The notes beneath the pieces were generated by a model. The model saw only the letters and a list, made by a program, of their open reading frames with translations, was not told the origin of the DNA and made no database searches. Positions 27,111-37,458 of a stretch of 56,993 nt of DNA are shown here, one piece after another. The stretch spans positions 1 to 56,993 of the forward strand of contig JAZQLP010000013.1 of NCBI GenBank assembly GCA_045542755.1. Direction: 5' to 3'. This DNA is from Eubacteriales bacterium (lineage in GTDB: Bacteria > Bacillota > Clostridia > Oscillospirales > UBA644). Made by a program: the position numbers and the translations under genes. Position 1 is the first letter of the stretch. Each line of letters opens with the position of its first letter.

Positions 27111-28184
27111 TTATTCTGCGTTTTCAAGGGCTTCTTTAAGGATAGGGAGTATGCCTCTGTACATTCTGTAAAAGCCCAGGTCGTTGGGATGAACGTTATC
27201 AACGGTGCATTCAAGTCTGTCTTCTTCACCGAATAGCTTTTCTCCGTCTATGAAATAGACGTGCTTGTCTCCTGCGGCCAAAGCGTTTTGGTAGGTTTTA
27301 AGAATAACCTCGCGGTACTGTGGGAATTTTGGCCTTTTATATGTGTTCGTTCGGGATATCATAACGATAGGCAGGGTTGGGTTCGCCTGACGGATTATCC
27401 GGAAAAATTTTTCATGTGTCTGCTCGAGATGCTCTACTGAGGGCGCGTTGTTGTCGTAATCATATACAAAGGCAGTCATTGGAAGATCCGCAATCATTTC
27501 GGCGATGAAGTCTTCGCCCTTTGCCGAGCCTGAAAATCCCAGATTTATCTGGTCAAAGCCTAATTTTCTCGCTAATAATGCGGTATAATTAAGTCCGGGC
27601 CTGGAAGCGCATCCTCCCTGGGTTATGGAGCTTCCGTAGAAAACCACGGGTTTTTCGTGTTTCATAGGAGAGGGCATCTCTATGACGGCATTGGGGTCAA
27701 GACCTATTTCCACCCTTTTTACGGCAGAATAGAGGGGGAAGTTGAGTGTGATCTCTCTCATGACATTCTCGTCTGACAGATGCTTTGTGTTTCTGTAATG
27801 AACATGATCCTCTGTTTGTGCGTTTATACAACCTTCAAAGGTCATGTTACCCGGTTCACCATAGTAAAAATCAAAGCCTTGAGACATATTTGCGGTCATT
27901 CGGGGACTGCAGTCTATGGTATCGGGTTCAATCTCCCATTTTATACCCAGCAGGTGGGAATTGGTTCTGAATCTTACAGCGCCGCCGGAGGCACATTTCC
28001 TCAGATTATTAAGCTTTATGCTGTATTTATCCTCGAATCTATCGGGGAGTCTATGATAATTCCCGTTTTCCTCGATCCAAGGAAAGCCTGTGATTTTTAC
28101 CGGAAGGTTGCGGATCTCTACGTAAATAAGATTTTCGTCGTCAGCCTCTTGCTTAAAAGCCGTGTCCAGATCTTCTAATTTCAT
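27111..28184 (-). CDS. SGNH/GDSL hydrolase with N-terminal beta-sandwich (GxDLY-type) domain
   Basis: Block I FYGSSITQG, block V DNVHPND, N-domain GFDFYYG. Confidence 0.8.
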   Translation of the reverse strand: MKLEDLDTAFKQEADDENLIYVEIRNLPVKITGFPWIEENGNYHRLPDRFEDKYSIKLNNLRKCASGGAVRFRTNSHLLGIKWEIEPDTIDCSPRMTANMSQGFDFYYGEPGNMTFEGCINAQTEDHVHYRNTKHLSDENVMREITLNFPLYSAVKRVEIGLDPNAVIEMPSPMKHEKPVVFYGSSITQGGCASRPGLNYTALLARKLGFDQINLGFSGSAKGEDFIAEMIADLPMTAFVYDYDNNAPSVEHLEQTHEKFFRIIRQANPTLPIVMISRTNTYKRPKFPQYREVILKTYQNALAAGDKHVYFIDGEKLFGEEDRLECTVDNVHPNDLGFYRMYRGILPILKEALENAE

Positions 28185-28196
28185 GGTTTTTTCTCC

Positions 28197-28802
28197 TCAT
28201 ATAGCGTAGTATGAAAAGTTTTCCTTCTCTGTTTCCAAGAGAGTAGGCTCTCCGTGGCCGGGATAGATCGTAATACTGCCGTCAAATTGCTTAAACTTAT
28301 TAAGAGATGCTCTCATTTGTGAAGCAGAGCCTTTCGGAAAGTCGGTTCTGCCTATGGAGTTCTGAAAAACCGTATCTCCTGAAAACATGATATTATCTGC
28401 TAAAAGGCACATGGATCCGGGAGTATGTCCGGGAGTGTGGACGACCTTTATTTTATACCCTTCAAAATCAATGATTTCGCCGTCATTGACCAAAACGTCT
28501 GCTTTGGGCAGGGATATGGGCAATCCCGTACCAATGGGGTCGCAGAGGGATAGGTTTGAAAGATACTCGGCTTCGTCGGTATGTATATACACAGTTGCTC
28601 CGTATTTTTCAACAAGGCCCCTCGTGCCGTAAATATGGTCAAAATGCCCGTGAGTAAGGATTATTTTTGATACGGGTAATCCCTGTAGTTCTTCTTCGGA
28701 GGGCTCAAAGCCTATTCCAGGATCTATTACTAAAACTGAATCCTTTCCGAAAATCAAATACGTATTTTCGTCCAGAGGATTTATTGCTTTTTTAATTATC
28801 AT
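28197..28802 (-). CDS. MBL-fold metallo-hydrolase (glyoxalase II-like)
   Basis: THGHFDH motif plus downstream His/Asp ligands. Start set to ATG 28802 (MIIKKAINPL), because the longer ORF would overlap dtd. Confidence 0.85.
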   Translation of the reverse strand: MIIKKAINPLDENTYLIFGKDSVLVIDPGIGFEPSEEELQGLPVSKIILTHGHFDHIYGTRGLVEKYGATVYIHTDEAEYLSNLSLCDPIGTGLPISLPKADVLVNDGEIIDFEGYKIKVVHTPGHTPGSMCLLADNIMFSGDTVFQNSIGRTDFPKGSASQMRASLNKFKQFDGSITIYPGHGEPTLLETEKENFSYYAI

Positions 28803-28806
28803 AGCT

Positions 28807-29256
28807 TTATTTTTTATAGTCGTCGGTATCCAGTATAAGGGTAACGGGACCGTCGTTAAGAAGTTCAATCTTCATGTCGCCCCCGAAAACTCCCGTTTGC
28901 ACGGGCTTTTTGGTCTGCAATGATGCTGTAAACAGTTCATACAGGGGCTTTGCAATATCGGGTTTCGCCGCTTCAATAAATGCGGGTCTTTTTCCGTGGG
29001 AAGTGTCGGCGTAAAGAGTGAACTGGGAAACGGACATTATTTCTCCGTCAACGTCGTCTACGGAAAGGTTCATCTTATCGTTTTCATCTCTGAAAATTCT
29101 TATTCCCGAGCATTTTGAGGCAAGAAGCTTGGCTTCTTTTTCTGTGTCGCCCTCCCGTACGCCTACGAGAATAAGGAGTCCCTTTCCTATCTTGGAATAT
29201 ACCTCGCCGTCTATTGACAGAGTGCAGTATTTTACTCTTTGTATGCAGGCTCTCAT
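28807..29256 (-). CDS. dtd: D-aminoacyl-tRNA deacylase
   Basis: MRACIQRV N-terminus, SQFTLYADT, C-terminal NDGPVTLILD. Lies downstream of relA as in many Bacillota. Confidence 0.93.
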   Translation of the reverse strand: MRACIQRVKYCTLSIDGEVYSKIGKGLLILVGVREGDTEKEAKLLASKCSGIRIFRDENDKMNLSVDDVDGEIMSVSQFTLYADTSHGKRPAFIEAAKPDIAKPLYELFTASLQTKKPVQTGVFGGDMKIELLNDGPVTLILDTDDYKK

Positions 29257-29271
29257 TTTAATACTTCCTTA

Positions 29272-31410
29272 TCAGGTGGTTCTGTATACGTCTATAACGT
29301 TGGTGATCTTCTTCATACGCTTGGCAACGCTGTCAAGATGTTCAATATCGTGTACGTCTACCTTTACGTATATTCTTACAGTTCCGTCGCTTTGGCTTGA
29401 GGTGTTTATGGAGTGCATAAGAACTCTCATTCCTGCAAGGACGGTGGTGATATCAACGGCAAGGTCGTATCTGTTTACCGCAACGATACAGAGTGTTGCG
29501 GCAAAGTATTCGCTTATCTTTCCTGCCCAGCTTACTCGAATTCGGCGCTCCTCAGGAGTGTTGATAACGTTTTTACAGTCGGATTTGTGTACCGAAACGC
29601 CGTTTCCGCGGGTGATAAAGCCCGTAATATCGTCGCCGGGAAGGGGTACACAGCAGTGGGCCAGACGTACCAGGCAGTTGTCAATGTCCTCAACGATTAT
29701 ACCGTTAATGGCTTTTCGTGTGGTCTTTACTTCGGGCGTCTGCTTGGGAATAGCGGACTGCTTGACCTTATTGTATTCCTCTTCTATTTTGGGGAGAATT
29801 TTTGATATGGTTATACCGCCGTAGCCAATAGCCGCGTAGAAGTCGTTAAGGTCGTTGCAGTTGTATCTCTTAAAGAAGGACGCCAAAAGATCTTCTCTTG
29901 TGCAGTGGGTAAAGGTGATGTTCAGGCGGCGGAACTCTTTTTCGATAAGGTCGCGTCCGTTGGTGATATTTTCGTCTCTCTTTTCCTTTTTGAACCACTG
30001 GCGGATCTTGGTTTTCGCTTCGCTTGTTCTAACAAGCTTAAGCCAGTCACGGGAGGGGCCGAGGGCGTTGGGGGAGGTGAGGATCTCTACCACGTCGCCG
30101 TTCTGGAGTTTGGTTACAAGCTCGGCAATCTTACCGTTTACCTTTGCTCCCACCATTCGGTTACCTACCTGACTGTGTATCGCGTAAGCAAAGTCGATAA
30201 TATTTGCCTCGGCGGGAAGGGTAACTATATCTCCCTTAGGAGTTGAGACGAACACCTGGTCTGCAAAAAGGTCTATTTTGAAGGCCTTTAAGAACTCGTC
30301 GTCGTCCTTTATATCCTTTTGCACTTCCAAAAGCGTTCTTACCCAACGTAGCTTTTCATCGTCGTTATTTCCACCCAGAACGCCTGCCTTGTACTTCCAG
30401 TGGGCGGCTATACCCATTTCAGCTATCTTGTGCATCTCTTTGGTTCTTATCTGTACCTCAAAAAGAGTGCCCTTATAGGAAACGGTGGTATGGAGGGACT
30501 GATACATATTCGGCTTGGGGTTTGATATATAGTCCTTGAGTCTGCCGGGGATAGCGTGGAAAATATCGTGTATATATCCCAGAACGGTGTAACATTCACT
30601 TACAGAGCTTACGATAATTCTGTATGCGTAAAGGTCAAATATCTCGCTGAATTCCTTGTCCTGGGTAAACATCTTGCGATATATACTGTAAAGGTGCTTG
30701 ATTCGGCTGTCAACGGTGGCAGAGATATTTTCTTCCTGGAGCTTGTTTATAATGATCCCCTTTGTTTCTTCGAAGAAAACGTTATTCTTGAATATCTCAA
30801 GGTCTTCGGTTATTTCTTTATATCCTATGGGGTCAAGATACTTAAGTGATATATCTTCAAGCTCACTCTTCAGGTTCTGGATACCGAGTCTGTGGGCAAG
30901 GGGAGCGTATACTTCGATGGTTTCAAGGGCTTTTATGCGCTGTTTTTCGGGCGGCTGACTGTCGAGAGTCCTCATATTGTGCAGCCTATCCGCTAATTTA
31001 ATGAGTATAACGCGAATATCCTTTGCCATTGCAAGGAGCATCTTTCTCAAGCTTTCAATCTGTTGCTCTTCCTTTGAAGAGTACATAATTTTATTAAGCT
31101 TTGTAACCCCGTCTACAAGGAGAGCTATGTCTTCTCCGAAGCGCTTCTTTACGGTGTCAAGGTCTATATCGGTATCTTCCACCGTATCGTGAAGGAGGGC
31201 GGCGATTACGGAGCCCGTATCTGCATGGTAGGATATGAGGATCTTTGCCACCTCGATGGGGTGATAAATATAATCCTCTCCGGATTTTCTCTTTTGTCCT
31301 TCGTGTGCCTGAGCGGCAAAGGCTAACGCTTCCAGAATCTTCTCTATGTCGTAGTGGTCTTTTCTTCTTTCCAGCGCTTCAAGCAGGTTTTCTGCGTAAT
31401 TCTTTTCCAT
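29272..31410 (-). CDS. relA: bifunctional (p)ppGpp synthetase/hydrolase RelA/SpoT
   Basis: HD hydrolase domain (HPIEV...HDTVEDT), synthetase block (YRIIV, LHTTV), TGS and ACT C-terminal domains. Confidence 0.95.
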   Translation of the reverse strand: MEKNYAENLLEALERRKDHYDIEKILEALAFAAQAHEGQKRKSGEDYIYHPIEVAKILISYHADTGSVIAALLHDTVEDTDIDLDTVKKRFGEDIALLVDGVTKLNKIMYSSKEEQQIESLRKMLLAMAKDIRVILIKLADRLHNMRTLDSQPPEKQRIKALETIEVYAPLAHRLGIQNLKSELEDISLKYLDPIGYKEITEDLEIFKNNVFFEETKGIIINKLQEENISATVDSRIKHLYSIYRKMFTQDKEFSEIFDLYAYRIIVSSVSECYTVLGYIHDIFHAIPGRLKDYISNPKPNMYQSLHTTVSYKGTLFEVQIRTKEMHKIAEMGIAAHWKYKAGVLGGNNDDEKLRWVRTLLEVQKDIKDDDEFLKAFKIDLFADQVFVSTPKGDIVTLPAEANIIDFAYAIHSQVGNRMVGAKVNGKIAELVTKLQNGDVVEILTSPNALGPSRDWLKLVRTSEAKTKIRQWFKKEKRDENITNGRDLIEKEFRRLNITFTHCTREDLLASFFKRYNCNDLNDFYAAIGYGGITISKILPKIEEEYNKVKQSAIPKQTPEVKTTRKAINGIIVEDIDNCLVRLAHCCVPLPGDDITGFITRGNGVSVHKSDCKNVINTPEERRIRVSWAGKISEYFAATLCIVAVNRYDLAVDITTVLAGMRVLMHSINTSSQSDGTVRIYVKVDVHDIEHLDSVAKRMKKITNVIDVYRTT

Positions 31411-31435
31411 AAGATTTTCCTTTTGTATTGTAATA

Positions 31436-33532
31436 TCAGCTTTGCTTTTCCGCAGCTCTGAAGGTTGCGGAGTCGGAAAGGGATGTTTTTCTTTGGGGAT
31501 TTGCGGTTACGGAAAGTATCTCATCCTCCGATACCGCCTTCGCTCTTATAAAAGCATGGTCTATTATCTGAAGCTCTGTCATGGTGTCAAGACAGAGTCG
31601 AAGTTTTAAATAGCTGAAAGTATTTCCCAACTTTCTGGTAAGGGCTCGGCATATTCCCAAGGGGCTGATTTTTACACTATCGGTCCCTTTTGCGGAAAGG
31701 GTGTTTTTTATGTATTTGAATACTGCCCCCACGTCGTCGCGGGTTATTCTTTCGCTGTCGGGGATAGTGTCTTGCTGAGCCTTGAAGGTCAGATACTGAA
31801 CTTTGCTCTTTTCTGCTTTCTTGTGTTCTTCACTTCCAAAGGCCAGGTCGGACAGTTCCATTGCCCTTATTACGGAGGAGAGTGAACGGTTTCCTCTGTA
31901 AATGTTTTCGTCCACGGTGCAGATGATATTTACTCTGTCACCTACAGAGCAACTCATTTCCTCTGCGGAAGAGGAGAAGTTGAGGGCAGAAAAGCTTCTT
32001 CCTTCCTCATCGGAGAATGTGATTCGTGCAAATCTTCCCTGAGAAATGGGGAATATGTCGGTAATTTTTATATTCTGTAATCCGAATGCGGGAGTGGGAT
32101 TTGCCGCGCCGAAGGGTTCAAGCCTTTTTATGGAGTCGTAGGTTTCAAGGGTCATATCTTCAACCGAAAGCAGACATTCCGCTTCTTCGGTGGCAAAAAG
32201 AGCCTCTTCGGAAATGGTTTTTTCTGCGTATTCGGTGGCGGCTTCTCTGAAGGCCTCGAAGTCCTCTTCCTTTACCGTAAGCCCCGCCGCCATGGCGTGT
32301 CCGCCAAACTTGCTCAACCCCGTAGCCGAGGCAGAAAGGAGGTCGTATATGTTGATACCCTGTCTGCTTCTTCCCGAGCCTTTGGCTGTGGTTCCGTCGG
32401 TGCAGAAAAGTATGCAGGGGCGACTGTAGGTTTCGGAGAGCCTCGAAGCAACTATTCCGATAACCCCGTTGTGCCAATGGGGGGATTTTTCTATGATTAT
32501 CTTGTTTATTTTCTTTGCGGCCAGCCTGTTTTCAACGTCCTTGAGTATTTCGGTTTCCATTTTCTGTCTCTGGGCGTTTTCTTCACAGAGGATTGAAGCC
32601 ATCTCATCGGCTTCCGTGGGGTCGGTTGCTGTCAGAAGCCTTACCGCAACGTAGGGGTCGCCTATTCTTCCCGCGGCGTTAAGTCGGGGAGCTATTCTGT
32701 AGGCTACAGTAGATGCATCAAGGGGCTTTTCGTCGCTTCCCGAGGCTTTCATAAGAGCCTTTATTCCCACGGGGATATTCTTCTCCATAGACTTAAGACC
32801 GAGGGATACGATAACTCTGTTTTCACCCTTCAGAGGCATTATATCGGCTATGGTTCCTATAGCCGTAAATCCCACGTATTTAAGGGCGTTTTCCGTACCG
32901 GACAGGGCTTCTATAAGCTTAAATGTAACTCCTACTCCCGCAAGGTTTTCAAAGGGATATTCTGAATCCGCCCTTTTGGGGTTAACCACGGGGCAGGCGG
33001 GGATTTCGTCCTTGCCATTTTCGTCCCTCTTGCACTCGTGATGGTCGGTGACCACACATTTAAGTCCCAGAGATGTAGCGTAGGCTATCTCCTCTGCGGC
33101 GGAAATACCCGTGTCCACCGTAATAATAAGGGATGTGCCGTCTGCTGCTATCTTATCAATGGCCGAGTTGTTAATACCGTAGCCCTCTTCGATTCGGTTG
33201 GGGATGTAGTAATCAACCCTTGCTCCCACCGATTTAAGGTATCCGTAGAGTATGGTTATGGACGTGATTCCGTCCACGTCGTAGTCGCCGTATACGGTTA
33301 TTTTTTCGTCATTCTCTATGGCGGTGCGGATGATCTCGGTGGCCTCTCTTATATCAGGCATAAGATATGGGGAATGGAGGCCGCTTTTGTCCGAATTCAT
33401 AAAGGCAAAGGCTTCTTCGGGGGTGGAACATCCTCTATTGTAAAGAAGGCGTGCTGTTATATTATCAAAGCCTGCGGAAATAAGGGCTTCCACTACGGCG
33501 GTATTCTGTTGCTTGATTATCTGTTTTATCAT
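31436..33532 (-). CDS. recJ: single-stranded-DNA-specific exonuclease RecJ
   Basis: DHH family motifs GDYDVDGITS, DTG, VVTDHHE, and a DHHA1 domain with GGHAMAAG. Confidence 0.93.
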   Translation of the reverse strand: MIKQIIKQQNTAVVEALISAGFDNITARLLYNRGCSTPEEAFAFMNSDKSGLHSPYLMPDIREATEIIRTAIENDEKITVYGDYDVDGITSITILYGYLKSVGARVDYYIPNRIEEGYGINNSAIDKIAADGTSLIITVDTGISAAEEIAYATSLGLKCVVTDHHECKRDENGKDEIPACPVVNPKRADSEYPFENLAGVGVTFKLIEALSGTENALKYVGFTAIGTIADIMPLKGENRVIVSLGLKSMEKNIPVGIKALMKASGSDEKPLDASTVAYRIAPRLNAAGRIGDPYVAVRLLTATDPTEADEMASILCEENAQRQKMETEILKDVENRLAAKKINKIIIEKSPHWHNGVIGIVASRLSETYSRPCILFCTDGTTAKGSGRSRQGINIYDLLSASATGLSKFGGHAMAAGLTVKEEDFEAFREAATEYAEKTISEEALFATEEAECLLSVEDMTLETYDSIKRLEPFGAANPTPAFGLQNIKITDIFPISQGRFARITFSDEEGRSFSALNFSSSAEEMSCSVGDRVNIICTVDENIYRGNRSLSSVIRAMELSDLAFGSEEHKKAEKSKVQYLTFKAQQDTIPDSERITRDDVGAVFKYIKNTLSAKGTDSVKISPLGICRALTRKLGNTFSYLKLRLCLDTMTELQIIDHAFIRAKAVSEDEILSVTANPQRKTSLSDSATFRAAEKQS

Positions 33533-33717
33533 AACTTTACTGGTCTTTTCTTTTGTATGAGGGTATAAAACCCTATTATAATTATATTATAAATTATATT
33601 ATATCACATTCCAGCGCTTTTTTAAAGGTGTATATCTTGACAAAAAAGTGAAATGTGCAAAAGCTAATGAGTCGATAACACGAGCGTCAAACATTTAAAA
33701 TTCTTTTTCTAAATCTA

Positions 33718-33747
33718 TTGACAGTACTATTTTCCCTATGATATAAT
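33718..33747 (+). promoter_or_regulatory. candidate promoter of the lipoprotein gene
   Basis: TTGACA (33718-33723), 18-nt spacer, TGaTATAAT (33739-33747). Implies a leader of about 110 nt. Confidence 0.55.
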
Positions 33748-33859
33748 ATTTATGACAATAGTATGAACTCTACTGGTTTTTTGCATCATTTTGGCATATT
33801 AATGTGTCTTAATATATAAAGAGATAAATATATACAATATTGGAAGGAGCGCACAAATC

Positions 33860-36800
33860 ATGAAGCACATTACAAAAATTCTTATTCTTATCTTGGCGGC
33901 ATTGCTCCTTGGGGGATTGCTTGCCGCTTGCACTCCCGATATGCCTCCCGTTGATGGGGAGCACGTGCACGAATATAAGAACTGGAAGCACAACTCCTAT
34001 AACCATTGGCAGGAGTGTGATTGCGGTGCAAACTTAAATTACGGAGAACATAGCGGCGGCATGGCTACATATGATTCAAAGCCTATTTGTGACGTGTGCG
34101 GTGTTGAATACGGTACGCACATCCACCAATACGGCGAATGGAAGAGCAATAGCCATGACCATTGGAAAGAGTGTACCTGCGGCGTAACGGCACATAAACA
34201 GAGACACACCGGTGGTTCTCCTACATATGAATCCGGGGCTATATGTGAAGTCTGCGGTCAAGAATACGGCGAACATTTACATCAGTTTGACGCGACGGGC
34301 TATGACGACACTTACCATTGGAAGGAGTGCGCTTGCGGACAAAAATCCGGGAAGGAAAGACACTCCGGCGTGGGTGTAGGGATAATCGGTGACCCAAGGC
34401 GAGTTTGTGAAGAATGCGGTAACGAATACACCGTTCACGTTCATCAAGGGCAGGGAGAATGGCTAACGTCTGAATCTCATCATTGGAAGATGTGCGACTG
34501 TGGCCAGACGGCTAATCTCGGACAACATTCCTTTGACGGTAGTTCCGCGAAGGTCATATGTGAAGTGTGTGGCTACGAATCTTCACACGTTCATCATGCA
34601 GACGATAAAGAATGGCAGTCAGATCTGAATGAGCATTGGAAGGTATGCTCTTGCGGAGAGCAATTTAATATAAGTGCTCATCAAAGCAGTGCAGACATAA
34701 AATTAGGCAGGGCTCCATGTGAGATATGCAACACGGAATTTGAGATAATAGCTATTCCTGATATTGAAGGCATAGTTAGGGGCAATGGATGGAAGGTAAA
34801 CGACTATTCATATATTGTAGCCCCCTTTGCGCCGGGTGACGATGCTTTTTGGAGCATTCGTGCAGAGGTTGAATTGAGGGTTAGGACTATATATTCTCCT
34901 CAGTATTGGGTCAATTATCTTCAGCAAAACGGATATCCTCAGGTCGAGAGGGTGGAACAGAGTGAACCGCAACTTATATGCTTTGTTATAGAGGATACCA
35001 TAATTTATTCTTTCCCCGTTTATGACGTGAAGTATATTGCTTATGATAAGGATGGAAATATTGTAACTCTTCCTGAAAATGACGGTGTAGACCCCGTAGA
35101 GAAAATGCTCAGAGAAAAAATCTGTGTGGAGTACTATTACGGTACTGGTGAAAGGGTTCACGTCGATCTAAGGATGGACGGCTCTACATCCACGATTCCT
35201 CTTGAAGTGGCCTTTAGAATGGGGTATTACGGAGAAACGAAGGCTGATGCCGAAGAAAAGGTAAAGCACAATACCACCTACGGCTCTTATTACAATCTTC
35301 GTGACGGAAAATGTGACCTTATATTCACCACTCCTCTTTCCGCTGAGCAAAGGGAAGAGGCTAAGAATAGAGGTCTTGACCTTGCGGAAGTTCCCATTTG
35401 TATGGAAGCTTTTGTGTTTGTAGTTAATGCAAATAATCCGGTCGAAGAGCTTACCGTGCAGCAGCTTAAGGATATCTATTCGGGCAAGATAACAAACTGG
35501 AAAGAGGTTGGCGGCCCCGATGCGGCTATAGAAGCCTTCCAAAGAAACGAAACCTCGGGCAGCCAGAATTATATGAAGCTCTTTATGGGTGATACACCCC
35601 TTATGGAGCCAAACACCTATATGACCCCGCATGATATGCACGGCCTTGTTGAGGTTCTTGCATCCTACGATAACGCCATAAACTCCATAGGATACAGTGT
35701 ATATTCCTATGCTGCAAATATGTACGTTGATGCAGGCAAGATAAAGTTTATAAAGGTCAACGGTATCGGCCCAACGGAAGAGACCATGAGTGACCTTACT
35801 TACCCCTTACTTAACTATAATTACGCTGTATACGATAAAAATAACGACAATCCCGAAATAGAAAAGATGGTCAACTGGATACTCTCCAACGAGGGGCAGC
35901 AGGCAGTAATTGAGGGTGGATACGTTCCCGTAGGCGGAGGAAAGCTTCCCGAATATGTTGACAGCAACGAGGTAAAGCTTTACGATGCTATCGGTACAGG
36001 AAAGAAGACGTCTGATGCTATCAATAACGGCACAGCATCCACCCTGGAGATGGCCATGTCGTTCTTTAACGTAGAAATGCCTGAAAACTACCTTTCCGAA
36101 AGCAGATATTTTTATGATCAATATGGATTTGATTATCCCATAGTATACGGTATTAAATACTCCATAGAAGGTCTTTTAGACAAGGATCTTGAAAAAGAGA
36201 TAAATGATTTTATTGCTTCTGCTTGCGCCGAAGTTGAAACGAAGTTTGAAGAAGTCTACGATATGTTTTTATATTATACTAAAAACGAAAAGATGTATTT
36301 TAATCGCTTCTTTTTGGCAGATACGTATTCTACATTGGATGGGGTCAGCACTAAAATCGTTAGACCTTCTAAGGTTGAAGTAAAGGGTAAAAACAACTAT
36401 CTTTCTGTAATCGTCCATACCGGATTTGCAACTTCCGCGGATGACATAGATATATATTACCGATATTACACAAAGACGGCTACCTTTGATTTACGTACAG
36501 GGGAGAGGGTGGAAAAGCTCTCCGATATGTTCCCTGAGGGTGTGGATTTTATAGAAGCACTTAACGATTCGGTCCGTTACGATATAGACACCAAGACCAA
36601 GAACTATTACGGTAACCTTTATATCGTCGATGGAGAGTTTATGGCTCTTACCGAGGCTGACGTTGAAAACTTTACTTGCGACAGCGTTATATTTCCCTTT
36701 GGCAGCAGCGTCGCCGAGTTAGGGTTTGAAGCAAACTTTTATGCTGATGCTCTGTCTACGGGATACTGTGATATAAGGCAGTTTCTCTCAGAAGATTTCC

Positions 36801-37441
36801 GGGCTTGGATCCGCACCGTTAGTGATGCTCAGCCTCTTAGCGCAGAAGAATTCTTCCCCGTAAGCGGAAGCGATACGTCGGGGGTATATTATCCAACAAA
36901 TGCCGGTCCCGCGTTGGTCAAAGCGGCTCAGACTTTGGCAGACCATCTTAATCAGCTTCTGGATAAAGATGCCATACTCAAGGCTTATCATGATGCGGGC
37001 TATACCGATATCGTGAGGGTGGAATTCTCATTCTTACCCACATACCTTCCTTATAAGGTAGGAGATGTATTCTACTTGTTTAACCAGCATGATATTGTTT
37101 GGGATCAAATATTCTTTGCCTATGATGCTGACGGAAAAGAAATATTTAAAGACGTTATCGATATGGATGAGCTGTATAAAGAGGTCACAAAAGACGTCTA
37201 TTTTAGTCAGTCCACGGGCAACCCCATAAGAGTAACTTTAAAAGAAGGATGGGAAGAGGTAGCTACCGTATGGAGCCTTACTGACGGTCAGGAATGGTCG
37301 TATCTGGAGCTTGCAGATAAAATCGAGGTAAAAGAGGATGAAATAGACTTATTTACAGGAAGGTTTTCAACCCGTGTATATCTTGACAAATTGCATACTC
37401 TTTATGTTATTATTCCTGAGGATTATATTATTCTGGAATAG
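33860..37441 (+). CDS. large multidomain lipoprotein: Cys/His-rich repeats + PstS-like periplasmic binding domain + C-terminal domain of unknown function
   Basis: GGAAGGAG SD. Lipobox LLAAC after MKHITKILILILAALLLGG. Repeats span aa 34-294. PBP-type block DGSTSTIPL ... LTVQQLKDIYSGKITNWKEVGG ... RNETSGSQ spans aa ~433-692. Confidence 0.88.
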   Translation: MKHITKILILILAALLLGGLLAACTPDMPPVDGEHVHEYKNWKHNSYNHWQECDCGANLNYGEHSGGMATYDSKPICDVCGVEYGTHIHQYGEWKSNSHDHWKECTCGVTAHKQRHTGGSPTYESGAICEVCGQEYGEHLHQFDATGYDDTYHWKECACGQKSGKERHSGVGVGIIGDPRRVCEECGNEYTVHVHQGQGEWLTSESHHWKMCDCGQTANLGQHSFDGSSAKVICEVCGYESSHVHHADDKEWQSDLNEHWKVCSCGEQFNISAHQSSADIKLGRAPCEICNTEFEIIAIPDIEGIVRGNGWKVNDYSYIVAPFAPGDDAFWSIRAEVELRVRTIYSPQYWVNYLQQNGYPQVERVEQSEPQLICFVIEDTIIYSFPVYDVKYIAYDKDGNIVTLPENDGVDPVEKMLREKICVEYYYGTGERVHVDLRMDGSTSTIPLEVAFRMGYYGETKADAEEKVKHNTTYGSYYNLRDGKCDLIFTTPLSAEQREEAKNRGLDLAEVPICMEAFVFVVNANNPVEELTVQQLKDIYSGKITNWKEVGGPDAAIEAFQRNETSGSQNYMKLFMGDTPLMEPNTYMTPHDMHGLVEVLASYDNAINSIGYSVYSYAANMYVDAGKIKFIKVNGIGPTEETMSDLTYPLLNYNYAVYDKNNDNPEIEKMVNWILSNEGQQAVIEGGYVPVGGGKLPEYVDSNEVKLYDAIGTGKKTSDAINNGTASTLEMAMSFFNVEMPENYLSESRYFYDQYGFDYPIVYGIKYSIEGLLDKDLEKEINDFIASACAEVETKFEEVYDMFLYYTKNEKMYFNRFFLADTYSTLDGVSTKIVRPSKVEVKGKNNYLSVIVHTGFATSADDIDIYYRYYTKTATFDLRTGERVEKLSDMFPEGVDFIEALNDSVRYDIDTKTKNYYGNLYIVDGEFMALTEADVENFTCDSVIFPFGSSVAELGFEANFYADALSTGYCDIRQFLSEDFRAWIRTVSDAQPLSAEEFFPVSGSDTSGVYYPTNAGPALVKAAQTLADHLNQLLDKDAILKAYHDAGYTDIVRVEFSFLPTYLPYKVGDVFYLFNQHDIVWDQIFFAYDADGKEIFKDVIDMDELYKEVTKDVYFSQSTGNPIRVTLKEGWEEVATVWSLTDGQEWSYLELADKIEVKEDEIDLFTGRFSTRVYLDKLHTLYVIIPEDYIILE
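33959..34741 (+). repeat. five tandem ~50-aa coding repeats (HxH...HW-x2-C-x-CG...H...C-x2-C)
   Basis: The repeats start at HVHEYKNW, HIHQYGEW, HLHQFDAT, HVHQGQGEW and HVHHADDKEW. Each contains HW[KQ]xCxCG and CxxC[GN]. Confidence 0.85.
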
Positions 37442-37458
37442 TAACCTAGAATAGCAAG

